Assembly: GCA_001643675.2 (NCBI GenBank)
Contig: LSRY02000006.1
Span: 806,001-870,000, forward strand
Direction: 5' to 3'
Length of the DNA: 64,000 nucleotides
Origin: Monocercomonoides exilis PA203
Lineage: Eukaryota; Protista; Preaxostyla
The notes under the pieces are model-generated. The model worked only from the letters and a program-made list of their open reading frames with translations, made no database searches and had not been told where the DNA came from. Below are positions 35,401 to 47,700 of the stretch, one piece after another. How positions within the stretch are numbered: the first letter of the stretch is position 1; each line of letters opens with the position of its first letter. Position numbers and translations under genes: made by a program.

Positions 35401-37656
35401 CCACATGTGCCTTCCACATTCTGTGGTATGTAGATGACTCTGATGAAGCTCCCAACATCCACTGTCTTCAAAGTCAGCTGCGGAGAATTCGACTCCTGGA
35501 TGAGCTCAGGAATTGCTCCTTCCATCACAACAGGTGGAATCACCTCAATGTTCGCAAGAATGCGCTCAAAACGGTAAATCCCTGCACCACCTTCAACTCC
35601 ATAGCACTGTGGGACAACTGTAAGAACTTTCTCTTCCACGCACTGACCCATCAATGCCAGCTCCACGCAACGTGGATGAGCAGCGATAACATTTGCAGTC
35701 AGTGTGAATAAGCTGCTCAGCGGCATCCCGTTGTTGTTCGGTGGGAATGGTGTGATCTCAAAACGCAGGTTGGCACCAATATCTTCCTTTGTAACTGTAT
35801 ATCGCTTCTTGTTCGCTCCTTCAATCAGAATCGGGTCGCCGTTTCTGAACTGTCTGTACCACTGCAATGCAAAATAGCCTCTCGGTCCGTTTGATTCTGC
35901 AACACCACTCAGCGCACTGGCTGCAGTTGTCGCTGATCCGCGCAGGAACTTTCCTCTTCCTGACGATCGCATGGAAGATGATGACGCAGACAGTCTGGCT
36001 TCTGTTCCTTCGCCTTCGCCTTCTAATTCTCCATTCACAGAGCCTGCTCTTTCCCTTTCGTCATCAAATCCGTCTTCTTCCTCTTCGGCAGCATATCTCG
36101 CTTCGTCGACTTTTCTGGCGCGTCTGCTTCTGCCTTCTCCGCCTTTCTGCTTCAGATGGTGATCGCTTGCCACAATCGGTGGTGAAACACTTCGTTCAGG
36201 TGCAACTGTCTCCTTCACTTGTCTCGCATGTTCATTTTCCTCTCTGTCTTCTCCTTTGCTGTCTGCACCTTCGTCAGCACCTTCTTCAACGTCGCTGCCC
36301 AACTCCATCTCATCATCTTCTTCTCGAAGCTTCTCGCTTCCTCTTCTCTTCTCGCTCATGGACTTCTTCAGCTCGTCATTGGTTTCTTGGCTTTCTCCAA
36401 AATCAATGCTATGCCTTTCAACTCCTTCAACTCCATTAACTTCTTCTCCCTCTCTTTCTTTCAGCTCTTCGCTCTGCTTTTGCTTGTTTTCCATCTCCAG
36501 CTGCAGCGCAATCTGCTCTTCTTCTGCTTCTTCGTCAATCATGTCGAAGTCGCATTCAAACAAATAGCTGGCTTCTAACTCATCGCCTTCAATAGGCTCT
36601 CCTTTAATTTCAAGCTCCAGAAGACGACACGATGTTTTTGTTGAAGCAGCTTTTTGATATCTCATCAAAAAGTCGTCGCAAATTTCATTGAAATCTTCGG
36701 GGTCTGTTGAAACTGCCTCAACTGGCTCCACTTGCATCCCATAGCGAAGACATGTGGCCATCTTGAGTGGATACCTCTGGGCGTGCTCTTTTTCTTCTTG
36801 TGTCACCATTTGTCCATCGATCTTTTTGAAAGAAGGATGAGCAATTAACATCATTGTTCGGAAGAATTCATTTTCTGCTGAAATCGGATTTTCTTCCATT
36901 CTAATTGATTCAAACTGACTAAATTGTGATGACGGAGGAAAATCTTTCAAAAGCCCAACAGAGTTATGCGAAATGATCAATGTACGAAGATTGGGGAAGC
37001 AGTTCAATCCTGCCAGTGATTCTATGTTGTTGTAACTTAGAGAGCAATACTTAAAATAATAACAATAATTTTCATAATTTTCATAATTTTCAAAAATATT
37101 TTCCTTCCAATAAATGCAGAATGTCAAACCTCCAAAGATGGACAAAATGGAATTGAAGTGAAGTCGGTTATCATGTTTCTGTTTGCGAATAGTTGCTAAA
37201 TTTTATATAAAAATTAAGTATATGTTTGAAATTTTTAAAATTTCTTTGAAATGAAGCTTGCCTCAAAAAATGTCAAATACCTTAATTTGTGGGCAATTCG
37301 AAAGAAATGATAATGATGCAAGTTGATTGTTTGAAACATCCAAAATTCGAAGATGCTCAAGTAACAGAGTTGGTGGAATAAAATCAAGGAAATTTGTTCG
37401 TAAATATAAAAATTCAATTCGTTGATGGGTTTGCAGTCCATCAACAGTTTTCAGAGAACATCCATTTAAATCAATTCGGTTATTAATTGCCTTGTCAAAG
37501 GAAATAAAAATAAAACAAATGTAAACTTCATTAATTTTAAAAACAAAATACTTTTACAGTTGCAAGCTTTGATGCTTGTCCTGCAATGGTAAGTTCTGCA
37601 AGTTGATTTCGCAAAGTATCTTCAGTTTGCGAACGAGAAGCAGAAACTTTTGCCAT
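29424..37656 (-). CDS. AIR9: AIR9-family microtubule-associated protein (N-terminal LRRs plus tandem A9 Ig-like repeats), ~2668 aa; exons 37656-37552, 37490-37281, 37195-37130, 37049-29424
   Basis: The spliced N-terminus gives LRRs (IEFLYLRTN, LRILDVSNN, LRTLIISHN, IRMEENP). Repeated A9 signatures: YHGGEEGKSVYSW, YIGGSEGATEIEW, YLGGEPGKHRYSW, YFGGFEGVSSVKW, YTVTKEDIGANLRFEITP, YTVKPEDVGCLLRCVIVP. Three phase-0 GT-AG introns. Confidence 0.88.
29440..30450 (-). repeat. Imperfect 9-12-bp purine-rich tandem repeats encoding the Glu/Lys tail of AIR9 (EEK/EEEK units)
   Basis: Directly visible, e.g. (ttctttctc)n at ~29523-29580. Confidence 0.85.
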
Positions 37657-37780
37657 ATTCAACAAAATTTTGATCAAACAAGATCAAGATCAATAAACAT
37701 ATTTTTTATAAGTTCAAAAATGATTTGTGAAATAACATAGTAAAAATTTAATTAAATAAATATAGAAGTGTTAAAAATGT

Positions 37781-39654
37781 TCACTGATATGATAAAGCAG
37801 TTTTCATAGATGGGGAAGGAATTGATGATAGCTGAGAAGGCTGGTTAGATGAACTTTTCATAACAAGTGGAGGCAAAGCAAAGGAAGAAGATGACGATGT
37901 AACCGTTGTAGAAGTTGAAGGTGCAGTAGAAGAGGAAGAAGAAGATGATGATGATTCATTTCCTACAACAGGTGTTGAAAAAGACGCAGCAGACGCAGCT
38001 TGAGTCGCAGAGGCAGAGGCAGCAGCAGCTGCAGAAGAAGAAGACATGGCAGGAGACATAGCCGGAAGAGAATGCTCCTTCATTGTCAAATCCCACGTCA
38101 TCTGCTTGACTGTGTTCCACATCCCGCCGTGTATGTCCACCTTCTTCCTTCCGCGCCGGATCAGCGACAGCGGCACAAGCGTGAAGCTGTCGTTCCAATA
38201 GCCCACAATACACCCTGTCTTCCCACTCAGCGCTGAATCCACTGCTTTGTTCCCAAGCTCCTCACAGAACGCAGCATCAGCAGCAGTCGGCTTTGTCGAC
38301 CGGATTGTGTACGACGGATCGATGTATTTGATTGTCACCTCCATTTTGATCGAGTCAAAATAGGATGTGATCTCTTTCTTCAGAAACAGCCCTATGTCTC
38401 CGTAGCTCACATTCCCGCTTTTATCCCGTTTCTCTGCATTGTGCTGACGGAGAATATCAACACCGGCTCCCTCAGCTACAACAATCACGCAATGGTCGCG
38501 CTTCAAAAGGCGAAGGCGGATAGACTCCATCAGAGAGCTTAATGTGAATGGTTCTTCTGGGATCAAACTGAAAAAGACATTTAAAAATGAGAAGTTTTCA
38601 AAATTTGTATATTATTTACAAAAAAATTATTTTTTCAAATAACAATAATGAATAAAAACCAATTAAAATGGGAGGAAAAAAATAGCAAAGCAAATGGTTC
38701 GTTTTGGAAGCACTCAAACAAAACATCATAGAAATAATACCCTCCCAAAAAAAGTTGCTCTAAATGAGATTAAAAAGAAATCCATACCAAATATTCACAT
38801 CTCCAGATGCTAATGTTGCTTGTGCAGCAATAAAGCCACTATCTCTTCCCATTAACTTCACAAGACCGATGCCGTGTCGAGCTGATTGTGCTTCTGCATT
38901 TGCGCAAGAAATTGCATTTCTTGCTTGTTCAACTGAAGTGTCAAAGCCAAAAGTTCGTGATATATACATAATATCATTATCAATTGTCTTTGGTATTCCA
39001 ACAACAGCAATTGGCAAGTGACGCCTCTTCAATTCCTTGTGAATTTCTTCTGATCCACGCTGTGTCCCATCTCCGCCAATTGTGAAAAGAATATTTACAT
39101 TTTGTTCAATAAGCGTTTCCACAATTTCAGGAATGGGAATTGGACCACGAGATGAACCTAAAAATGATCCTCCATACATATGAATGTCATTGACTGTGCG
39201 TGAATCCAGAGGAATGCAAGATAATCCGTCTTGTGACAATCCTTGATATCCATATTTAAAGCCAAGAACCTTTTTCACCTTATAACTTAACGATGCATAT
39301 GTTAATGCTCTTATGACCTGTGAAAATCATGTTTTATACAAAAAAATTCAATTGATAACAAAATATGGCTTTATAAATAAAGCAAACATCATTTAAACCG
39401 GGGCATAATCCACCGCATGTAACAATTCCAACTATCGTATCTTCTGGCTTAAAAAACATTTTTTCACGCTGTCCAGCAACTTCAAAACCTAATGAAAAAT
39501 CTATTTCACGAGGGTCGGAAAAGGTCTGTTGAAGTAAAATGCGCTCGTCATCTCGCACGAACTCAAACTTTGGGCGAGTCGTTTCGTATCTACACTCTCC
39601 AAGGGTCGCTACAGCAAAATCAGCTGCAGTCAACTTGCCTTTTTCGTCAAACAT
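37781..39654 (-). CDS. PFK: 6-phosphofructokinase, group X (predicted ATP-dependent), ~527 aa; exons 39654-39388, 39317-38788, 38567-37781
   Basis: Motifs [78 protein letters not shown]. Introns restore ...GLND|VIR and DVNIC|LIPE. Confidence 0.95.
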
Positions 39655-39741
39655 GCCCAAAGACAAAAATACTTTTTTATGAACATAGGATATATTGGAT
39701 CATATCCAAAAAATTAAAAAGTAATGGTTGAGGATCAGAAT
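39655..39741. promoter_or_regulatory. 87-bp divergent intergenic region (putative bidirectional promoter) between PFK and B9D1, with a central palindrome TTGGAT-CAT-ATCCAA (39695-39709)
   Basis: ATGs at 39654 (-) and 39742 (+). The palindrome is directly visible; its function is inferred. Confidence 0.6.
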
Positions 39742-40626
39742 ATGTCAACTCCCAATGATGGAGATGAGTCTGCACCAAATATTATTCCAACGGGAAAGTT
39801 TCAACTTTATGTGAATGGAAGTCTTGAATCAGCAACTGTTTGTTGACTTTTGCAATACATAAATTGAATTTTTTTTTTTGTGTTTGTTTTTTATTTATTA
39901 AAGTTAAGTGGTTATGATGGAGTTCATGCAACATATAGCATTCGCAAGGGAGATGGTTGGGAATTTATAAGTGTATGTATGCAAATCTGAAAGTGCTTAC
40001 ATGCAATATGTTTTATTAAATAATTTATTTATCAAATTAAACTGAAGGGCGTTGACACTGGCGGAACTCAAATAACTGCAAAGGCTCCTTCAGGACCTAA
40101 TAGGACAACATTTGTTTGGAATTTTCCAATTGAAGTTTGATGCATTTAATAAAAAAATAATAATAATCTTTATAAAAAAATTAATAATTTATTGAATTAT
40201 AACACACTTAAAAAGTTGCTTTTATCTTCAAATACACCAAGTGGATGGCCTCAATTTGTTGTTAATGTATATGGACTTGATTTATTTGGAAGAGATACGC
40301 TGATTGGAACAGGAAGTACTCACTTACCAATTGGACCTGGTAGTTTTGAGAGAATAATACCACTTTTCAAGCCGAAAAGTTCATCGTTTTTCCAAAAAAT
40401 GTACTCATTTTTCACAGGGGCTTATCCAGAATTTACTGATCCATTTTTTTCCGCCATGTCACTTCCTCGTCACGGTTTGTATTTTATTTATGTTAAAAAT
40501 CAATAAGTTTTCTTTTCAGTTGCTAGAACCACTTCATCAGGAGTTGTTAGAGTTGTTTTTAATATAGTTGTTAGAAATATGTCATCTTGTGGATATTCTA
40601 TTTCTGGTGAAGAGTATTCTATTTAA
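39742..40626 (+). CDS. B9D1: B9 domain protein 1 (ciliary transition-zone MKS module), ~205 aa; exons 39742-39837, 39904-39972, 40048-40134, 40216-40474, 40520-40626
   Basis: The spliced product FQLYVNGSLESA...GWEFISGVDTGGTQI...VWNFPIE...SSNTPSGWPQFVVNVYGLDLFGRD...YPEFTDP...SSGVVRVVFNIVVRNM..GY follows the B9D1 pattern along its whole length. Confidence 0.9.
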
Positions 40627-41008
40627 GTTTCACTTCACAGAACATCTCATTTTGCATTTCACAATCGTTCACAATTACAGTTTTGTTAGCTTTAAGTTTT
40701 TGAATTTGTATTATGAAGTAATGAAAGGTATTGGTTGATGGTGCTTTGTTTTATAAGCTATGAAAAGAGAAATCTTTTTGAGAAAAGAATCAAGATTTAT
40801 AATGCATCTTTGAAAATTGACAACCTTATTTGAATGAATATTTTTTTTTTAAAAATAAAAAATTACGTCATGACGCTTATTGAATTTTTTCAAAAAGAAA
40901 TTAATCATCACCATTGATTTCATTTCAAATTGTATCATTTTTGCTTTTTGAAATTTTTTTTAAATTAAAATAAAATTTACATTATTCGTTATTTCCTCCA
41001 CATTTTTG

Positions 41009-41009
<1 letters not shown>

Positions 41010-41046
<37 letters not shown>

Positions 41047-41115
41047 GTTTGTTTGGTTGTTCAGTTGTTTGTTTAGTTGTTTGTCAGTTTGCTTGCTTGT
41101 TTGTTTGATAGATAG
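41010..41115. repeat. T36 homopolymer followed by a degenerate (TTTG)n/(TTGC)n/(GATA)n array
   Basis: Directly visible. Confidence 0.85.
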
Positions 41116-44100
41116 AAAGATTCTCTTTTGTTGTCTTGTTTTTGATCGCAGTCCAAATTGTATAGTTATTCACAAAATAAAGAGAAGCTGGTTATTTGTT
41201 GATGTTTAAAATTTTTCTAATTGAAACAACATAAAGGATGTGGCTAATTTCAATAATTCGAATATTGGAAATTATTCTTTAATGAAAAATCATTTTTGAA
41301 ATATTTAAAAAGAAAATTTTGATTTTTCATTTTTATCTAATTCCTGTTCTCATTTATGAAACTTTTCATAAATGGAAATAAAAACATTGTCAAAATATTG
41401 TTTTCGTGATGTAAAAATTTGTTGAGTGGGTACAAAAATTTGATTGAAATTTGAATTTTTTTTCTTTTGAAAATAATCCAATAAAGCATTTTAAAAATCT
41501 TTCGACAAAAGGAATTGAAAACGTGGCAAAAAGAATTTTTTTTTTTATTAACAATAAATATTTCCAAAAAAAATATATAATAAATAATTTGAAAGTACAA
41601 TTTTTGAACGGTTGAATGAAAAATGTGATTTTGATATATCTTAAATTTTTCATCTCTATGAAATTTTTAAGTTTTGCACGATCGTGAACAATTTAAATAA
41701 TAATATCATTTAAAGAATTGTATCGAGAATTTTCATTTACGTTCTGAAGAAAGAGGAAAGTATAGCGAAAATTTTTGTAACATTTAAAGGATATATATGG
41801 ATGATTATTTTTGAAATCATATTATCTCAGAAAAAATTTTCGGTTTGGATTTTGTTTATGAATATTCATAGATGAACCCTGAAAAGTGATAGAGCTGTTA
41901 TGTGATGCCTCTTCTATTTTTTCAAATCAAACTTTGGCTTTTGAAACGATATGAAAACATTCAAAATTTGTTTGAAATTAATAAGCAAATGACAATGAAA
42001 TTTTATTAAAATAAACACCCCGAAAAAAGTTATGATTTCAAATACAATCACCCATATCAATAAATCCAATGAAGCATTATCAGTACAAACTTCACTTTCA
42101 TCCATTGAATATTTCATAATTATTTACTATGCATGTTCTAATTATTGAAATAAGTGTGGCAAATGAACTTTCTATCTTTTTTCGAGCAAATATATTTTTT
42201 CATAAAAATCACTCAAAACTTTATAAATTTTTTCGGATTTCGATCAAAAAAAGATTTTCATATCAGCAGACTAACATTATAAATATAACAAAATAATGTT
42301 TTGCGACTTTTCACGCATTTAAAGAAATAAACTTAATTTATTATTTAACTTTTTGATCGCAAAAAGTTCAACCACCGTGCACAATTTTTTAATTAAAATG
42401 CTTTAAGTGTTATATTCTGTTTCATTTTCAAAAATCCAAACACATGCCAGTTGAATTTCTGTTGTTTGTTGATCAGACAATGCAGTTTATTTCGATCATT
42501 GAATAATATTTTATTCTTTGACTTTTATTTGATTGTGCGAATGTGCAAAATTCAAATATTCGAAAATTTGAAGCAAAATTTTTTTGTGCTCAGGAGAAAA
42601 ATACTGTATTCAGCTAAAAAATTTCAAAAAAATGAAAGAAAATACTCTTTTCATCGTTATTTACTGTAATAAACTCATTAAATTAAATATGGAAAAATTG
42701 AAGAAAATATTTATTAATATTTAAAAACAATTCACTTTTTCGTTTTTAATTTTCTATATGGGGGAAAATATGGCACTTCAAGCGTTTTCAGTGAAAAAAT
42801 TTGCAACCAAATAAAAAATTACTTTAAAGCTTGAGAAATGAGTTTTAGATCTTATATTTTAGAAAATTTTGACTTTGAAATAGAAAAATATTTATTATTG
42901 AAGTTTCTTTATGTTCATTTTGAGAAATATATGGAAAAATTGTTTTTACCGAGATAATGTGAAAACTTCACCAATAAATTAAACAAACATCACTTAAATA
43001 TTACATGCTGCAAAGAAAACTGTCTGGAAAATTGTTTGCCAAATTATTATGATGTAGATATTGTTTTGTAAGTGTTATAAAGGGTTATGGAAAAATTAAA
43101 TATTTCAATCCAGAGCACCTTCAAAATTTCAATGAATTCTTCGAATCAATTAAGATCCTCGAAGAATAAAGATATGATCGTGAAATAGAAGATTTGTTTA
43201 GAAACAGACACATGCAATTTCAAAATCAGCAATGATAATCAGTTCCGGATGGTTAATTCATCAGCAAGAAGAAGTTGAAAATCGTGTTTCATGCTTCAAT
43301 GTGTTTGCTATTTCTTTTTTTCACGTGAATTAATTTGTAAACCTCTTGTTTTTTGAAAAGAGAAATGAGAATATAGTAATTTTAATGATTTTATTTTTGT
43401 ATGCGAATATATGTTTGCTCATGATTAATATTTTTCAGGTTTTAATAACGATAGTTCGAAGCATCTCATTTTGGAATTAATGAAGGAAAGTTGTCAAAAA
43501 GGATATTCTTTTGTTTTTTTTTGTCAGTATTTCAAAAGAGAACTGGATGCCGAGATACAATCAGCAGATGGAAGTTGCATATTTTTTGTATTCAATTGGA
43601 ACATGAGATAAAAACAAATTCGATATCAAAGCATTTGGATGAAAGCGAAAAGGAATGACAACAATTGGACAGTCATTGGAAAAAATAAAATTCGGAGATA
43701 TTTTTTCTGAAAAAAAAAATTGATGGCAACATTGAAAGCAGGATGCTTATGTGGCAAAAAGGATGACGGAGAAAGGAGCACTGGGATACAATGGAAAAAA
43801 AGATTGACAGCATCAATGATTGAACAATCTTCTGCATTTTCGTTAGGACAGGCATGCGTGTTCTTTTGAGGAATTTATATTATCAATGCAAAACCAATAA
43901 TTTTTATTTTATATCTTTTTATTTCCATTCCAATGAACAACTTTTTTTCATGTTGTGTATCATTTTCAGGAACAATCCATTTCAAGCGGAATTTTTACAA
44001 ATCATGTGGTTTCTTCTCCTTTTCCTTCTCCTTCGATCTCTTCATTAACGATATATTTTTTATTTGGCTGATGAAAAGAACGCCTTCGTATTTGAAAATT

Positions 44101-44835
44101 GTTGAACAATAAGGCAAGAAATAATAATTAAAAATTCTCATGTTTCAGAGCGAAATAAGTTTGCCGTCAAAATAGCAAAGTTTGATTTTAATGCAAATTC
44201 CACTTTGCCGTTTTTTCTTCAATTAGATAAATCAGCTTATTTATTCAATCATAGAGATGTTCATCTTATTTTCAATCACACACCAATGCAACTCTGCCAT
44301 CCTTGATTCGCCTTCAGGAAAGAAAGCCAACTTTTTTATGTTCAACTTTTTCAGTTTTTTGTTAACTATTTTTTCAACTTTCAAAGCATCCAACTTTTCG
44401 ATCTATGGAAATGATGAATATTTAACTTCTTCCTCGTCTTTGGCTTCTTCTTCATCATCTTCTTCTCATCCTCCTCTTCAACTCCATCTGAAGTGCCTTC
44501 TGCTGCTTCATCAACAACCACTTTTGAGCCTTGATCTGCGCATGTTGTTCCTTATCTAGGTGGTTTGAGAGGCTTATGCGTTGGAGAGTGAATTGAAAAA
44601 ATCGTGAAGGTGGGGAACTTAGATGAGAAAACGTTAAGGCTGTTTATATTTTCAAACGACTGCTTAAAAATGCTTGCTTTAATTTGCTTGCAGCTTTTGT
44701 TTCATAGAATATCAACGTAGTTTTCAGTATTTAATTGCAATATAATAATTTTTTCTTGTTTTTTTTCCCTACACATATTTATCTGCTTTCATTCATTTTT
44801 ATTGTCATTTTATTTCAACAAATTTCATTTCACAG

Positions 44836-45476
44836 ATTGCTCCGATAGGTGCCTTGCTCAAGTGAGGTACAACTGAACTGTTAACCAACCAGCATTTGGA
44901 AGCTGCAACAGCTGTGCGCATATTGTTTTCAACAGCAGCGCATCTAAATTTGGTGTGCTGAGATGTAATGATATTGCTTATTGTGTCAAAGCAGCCGACA
45001 TTTCATTCATCGTAGAATCAGTGAATCCGCTGTTCAGGAAATCTATGAAAGACCAATTCAGGGAACTGAAGATGAAGCGGGAAAAACCAGCAACTCGACG
45101 TATTTCGGAGCAGATGAAAGAAGGCGATGGAAGCGGAGGGAAACTTGGGGAAAGGACGTTGAAGGAATCGATGCTGCTGAAGATGATTGCAACGAACGAG
45201 GACAATCTCTTAGCAGATCCGAGAGAACAGTTGTTGAAGCAGGCGAAGATTGCTGAATATTTGTTATTCATATGAAATTGTTTGTAAATTTCAAATATTT
45301 TTCTTTTTAACCCCCTTTATTCTTTAACAAATGTATTTGAACGCAAATCATATATTATTTTCACATTTGCTGATTGCTTTATAAATGAAATAGCTCACAA
45401 GCTGATTAACATCTTCATAGAAACGGAGAAGCTCTTGAGGACAAGCTATAATAATGAAGACAAAAAGGAAGAGTGA
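44836..45476 (+). pseudogene. WDR70: C-terminal fragment of a WDR70/GAD-1 gene, disrupted
   Basis: The frame from 44862 reads VRYN*TVNQPAFGSCNSCAHIVFNSSASKFGVLRC...NPLFRKS...GDGSGGKLG...DPREQLLKQAKIAE. This matches the remembered WDR70 C-terminus (NQIxxGxxxGxxxVxY...SxxGAxLC; PMFR; GxGxGGRVG; DPREAILxHA). In-frame TGA at 44874-44876 and no intact N-terminal WD repeats upstream. Confidence 0.65.
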
Positions 45477-45959
45477 GCAAATTTTTTTATTTTTTGATAT
45501 GTAACATACACTTCGAAAGAATCATCCACTTCACTTAAACAGTATCTTTTCATATTTTTTTGATGGAATTATTTGTTTTGTGCGTTATAATTTGTGAATT
45601 TTCAATACTTTCTTTTAAATGTGAGAAATCCAATTGCTGACTGGACTTTTCTCAGGATAATGATAGTTGAAAGGACATCTTTATGTTGAACAAAAAATAT
45701 CAACATATTCAAAAAAAATGGATTATTCAAAATTCCATGTGCATGAATTGGTTTGTGGATAACAAAAAACATCGTTCAAACAATAAAAATGATAACAATT
45801 CATGAATACAAAAAAAGTTATTTGAGAACAAAATCTCCAACATAACGACGGTTTATTAATAAAAACAATAAAAGTTGGAATGAAAACAGCAAATTTGAAG
45901 CCTGCCAAACGGAATCTTTCAGAGGAACTGCATCGCCAATGCGCGACCGGTGATTAAGA

Positions 45960-46660
45960 CCAGCTTTTGCCAAGTCTCCTTTTTCTTTTTCTCTCTTCAG
46001 CTTTTCTCAATTCCATTTCCAACAAAGTTCAACCTCCCCAACACTGTCCCTCTTGCCATAGCCCCATTCTCTCCATACACCCGCTTTTCGATCCTTTTCT
46101 TGTCTTCCCAGCTTAGTGCAGAAACAAACGCACAGTGCAGCATCTGCACTGCCACCGTCTCCAGCGCTCGCGCTGCTGTCCGCGCTGCAAGTTCCACCGA
46201 CCGCTCGCACGCAACAAACTCCACAACCCCCGCAATGAGATGCCCGGCTAGCTGGAACAGAACACCGCACTTCTCCTCAAAGTCAAACGTGACGTTGTGC
46301 TCCCGGAAGTTCGAAAAGAACTGCCCGTGCGGCACACGCGACAGCTCCGGCTGGTAGAACGGCTGCACAATCACAAAGCTGCGTGTTGCCGCCGGAGAGA
46401 GACAGGCACACGCCTGTGCAGAGGCGCTGGCTGTGCCACACGCCGCCTGAGGAGACACTCTCTCCACACCTGCTACCTGGTGCTGCGAGGCCGACCTGTG
46501 TGCTCCGCTCGAACAGCCCTGAGGCCGAGCACAGGCAGAATGCGCAGAATCAGAAGATAGAATGTGTCAATGGGAGAAAACGGTACCAGTGATGCATTGA
46601 ATGAGATTGTTTATTGAGACAATCTCTGAGCAGTGATGAAGAAGATGCGACATTCACTTT
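45960..46660 (-). pseudogene. GC-rich frameshifted coding fragment of unknown gene
   Basis: Open frame ~46566-45997 without an ATG start, with coding-like GC content inside AT-rich DNA. The protein-like reading continues upstream only in a different frame. Confidence 0.45.
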
Positions 46661-46799
46661 TTAACTGACGTTGCCTCCGCGGAGCTATCGAGAAATCCAC
46701 TGCGCCCATTAAACATTAACCTTTCATCTATATTATCAACTTATTCGCCTGAGAAAACAACCAGATAATCTATTTATCGAAGAGCATTTACACAATCGC

Positions 46800-47700
46800 A
46801 TGTATTTTTTCCTTCAATTCCATTGGTATAACATATTCAGCGGAATAATCTCCACAACCGCTTCAAATTTGACTATCGTCTCTGTTCACCTCCACGTTCC
46901 AAAATGTTTCAATATTCCATCTGAAGATAATTATCAATTTCAATTCCCTTTTATTCGTGCTGACATTTCATCCCATTTTCTTATCTCTTTTCTCTTTTCT
47001 CTATTTCTGCACGCCATCATCCTACACATTGCTTTTCTCTCTCCGCTCCTCCCTATCCCCACAAACTCTTAACTCTCTTCCACTTCATCCATTTTTCCCT
47101 CTTCTCAAATAAACTCTCCCCAGCGATCATGATGCTTATCATTCAATCAAACAACATATCATTCGCGGTCTGATTCCCACGTCTCTTCTCTTGATCATCC
47201 CACAGTTCCACCAGCTTTCCCTTCAAGCTTGTCCTCACCAAAATTTTCTGGAAACTATCAAGATATCTAATCAACCAGAGTCAAACTTTCAGTATTCTGT
47301 GACCACTCATTCAGAATCTTCCCTTCTTCTTCCTTTTCTTTTCTTCTTCTTCTTCTTCTGCTTCCCCTTCTCCAATTCCTTTCTCCACCTTCTTCTCTAT
47401 GCTTCATAAAAAATATTCTTGCATTATCTCTTCCTCATCCAAGTTCACAATCACATCCGTCAAAGATATTGATTGCAGCACCACTCACACTGCCACAAAA
47501 AGCAATATCGTTGGATCAACATTTTTTGTTCTGTTGAATCATATCCACAATTGTCTGAGAAAAGAACCTCTTGGAAGTATCATCTGCACTCGAAGAAGCT
47601 TCTATCGACAGAAGCGGAGAAAGTTCAACAATAGAGAGCATTGTTTGTGAGGTTCACATTAGATAACAATGTTTCAATCTTTTGTGAAGAACAATGAAGC
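46800..47700 (-). pseudogene. Decayed coding remnant (Glu/Lys-rich helical protein-like)
   Basis: Purine-rich minus strand with codon-like stretches broken by many stops and frameshifts. The family cannot be confirmed. Confidence 0.3.

Noticed and set aside
37050-37145. ORF-track start of AIR9 (MSIFGG...ENYENYENY)
   Set aside because: Mostly intron 37129-37050 containing a 9-bp x3 repeat; the LRR frame continues in upstream exons.
29424-40626. Functional cytoskeletal cluster (AIR9 + B9D1)
   Set aside because: Separated by PFK, on opposite strands and acting in different structures; adjacency is likely chance.
41337-44048. Short Phe/Ile/Lys-rich ORFs of 60-90 aa (also 529-2900, 16416-16980, 48439-48693)
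   Set aside because: Expected by chance in very AT-rich DNA; no motifs or consistent splice models.
44874-44876. TGA as selenocysteine/Trp recoding or an alternative genetic code
   Set aside because: TGA and TAA terminate well-supported genes here, long ORFs have no internal stops, and the surrounding region is otherwise decayed.
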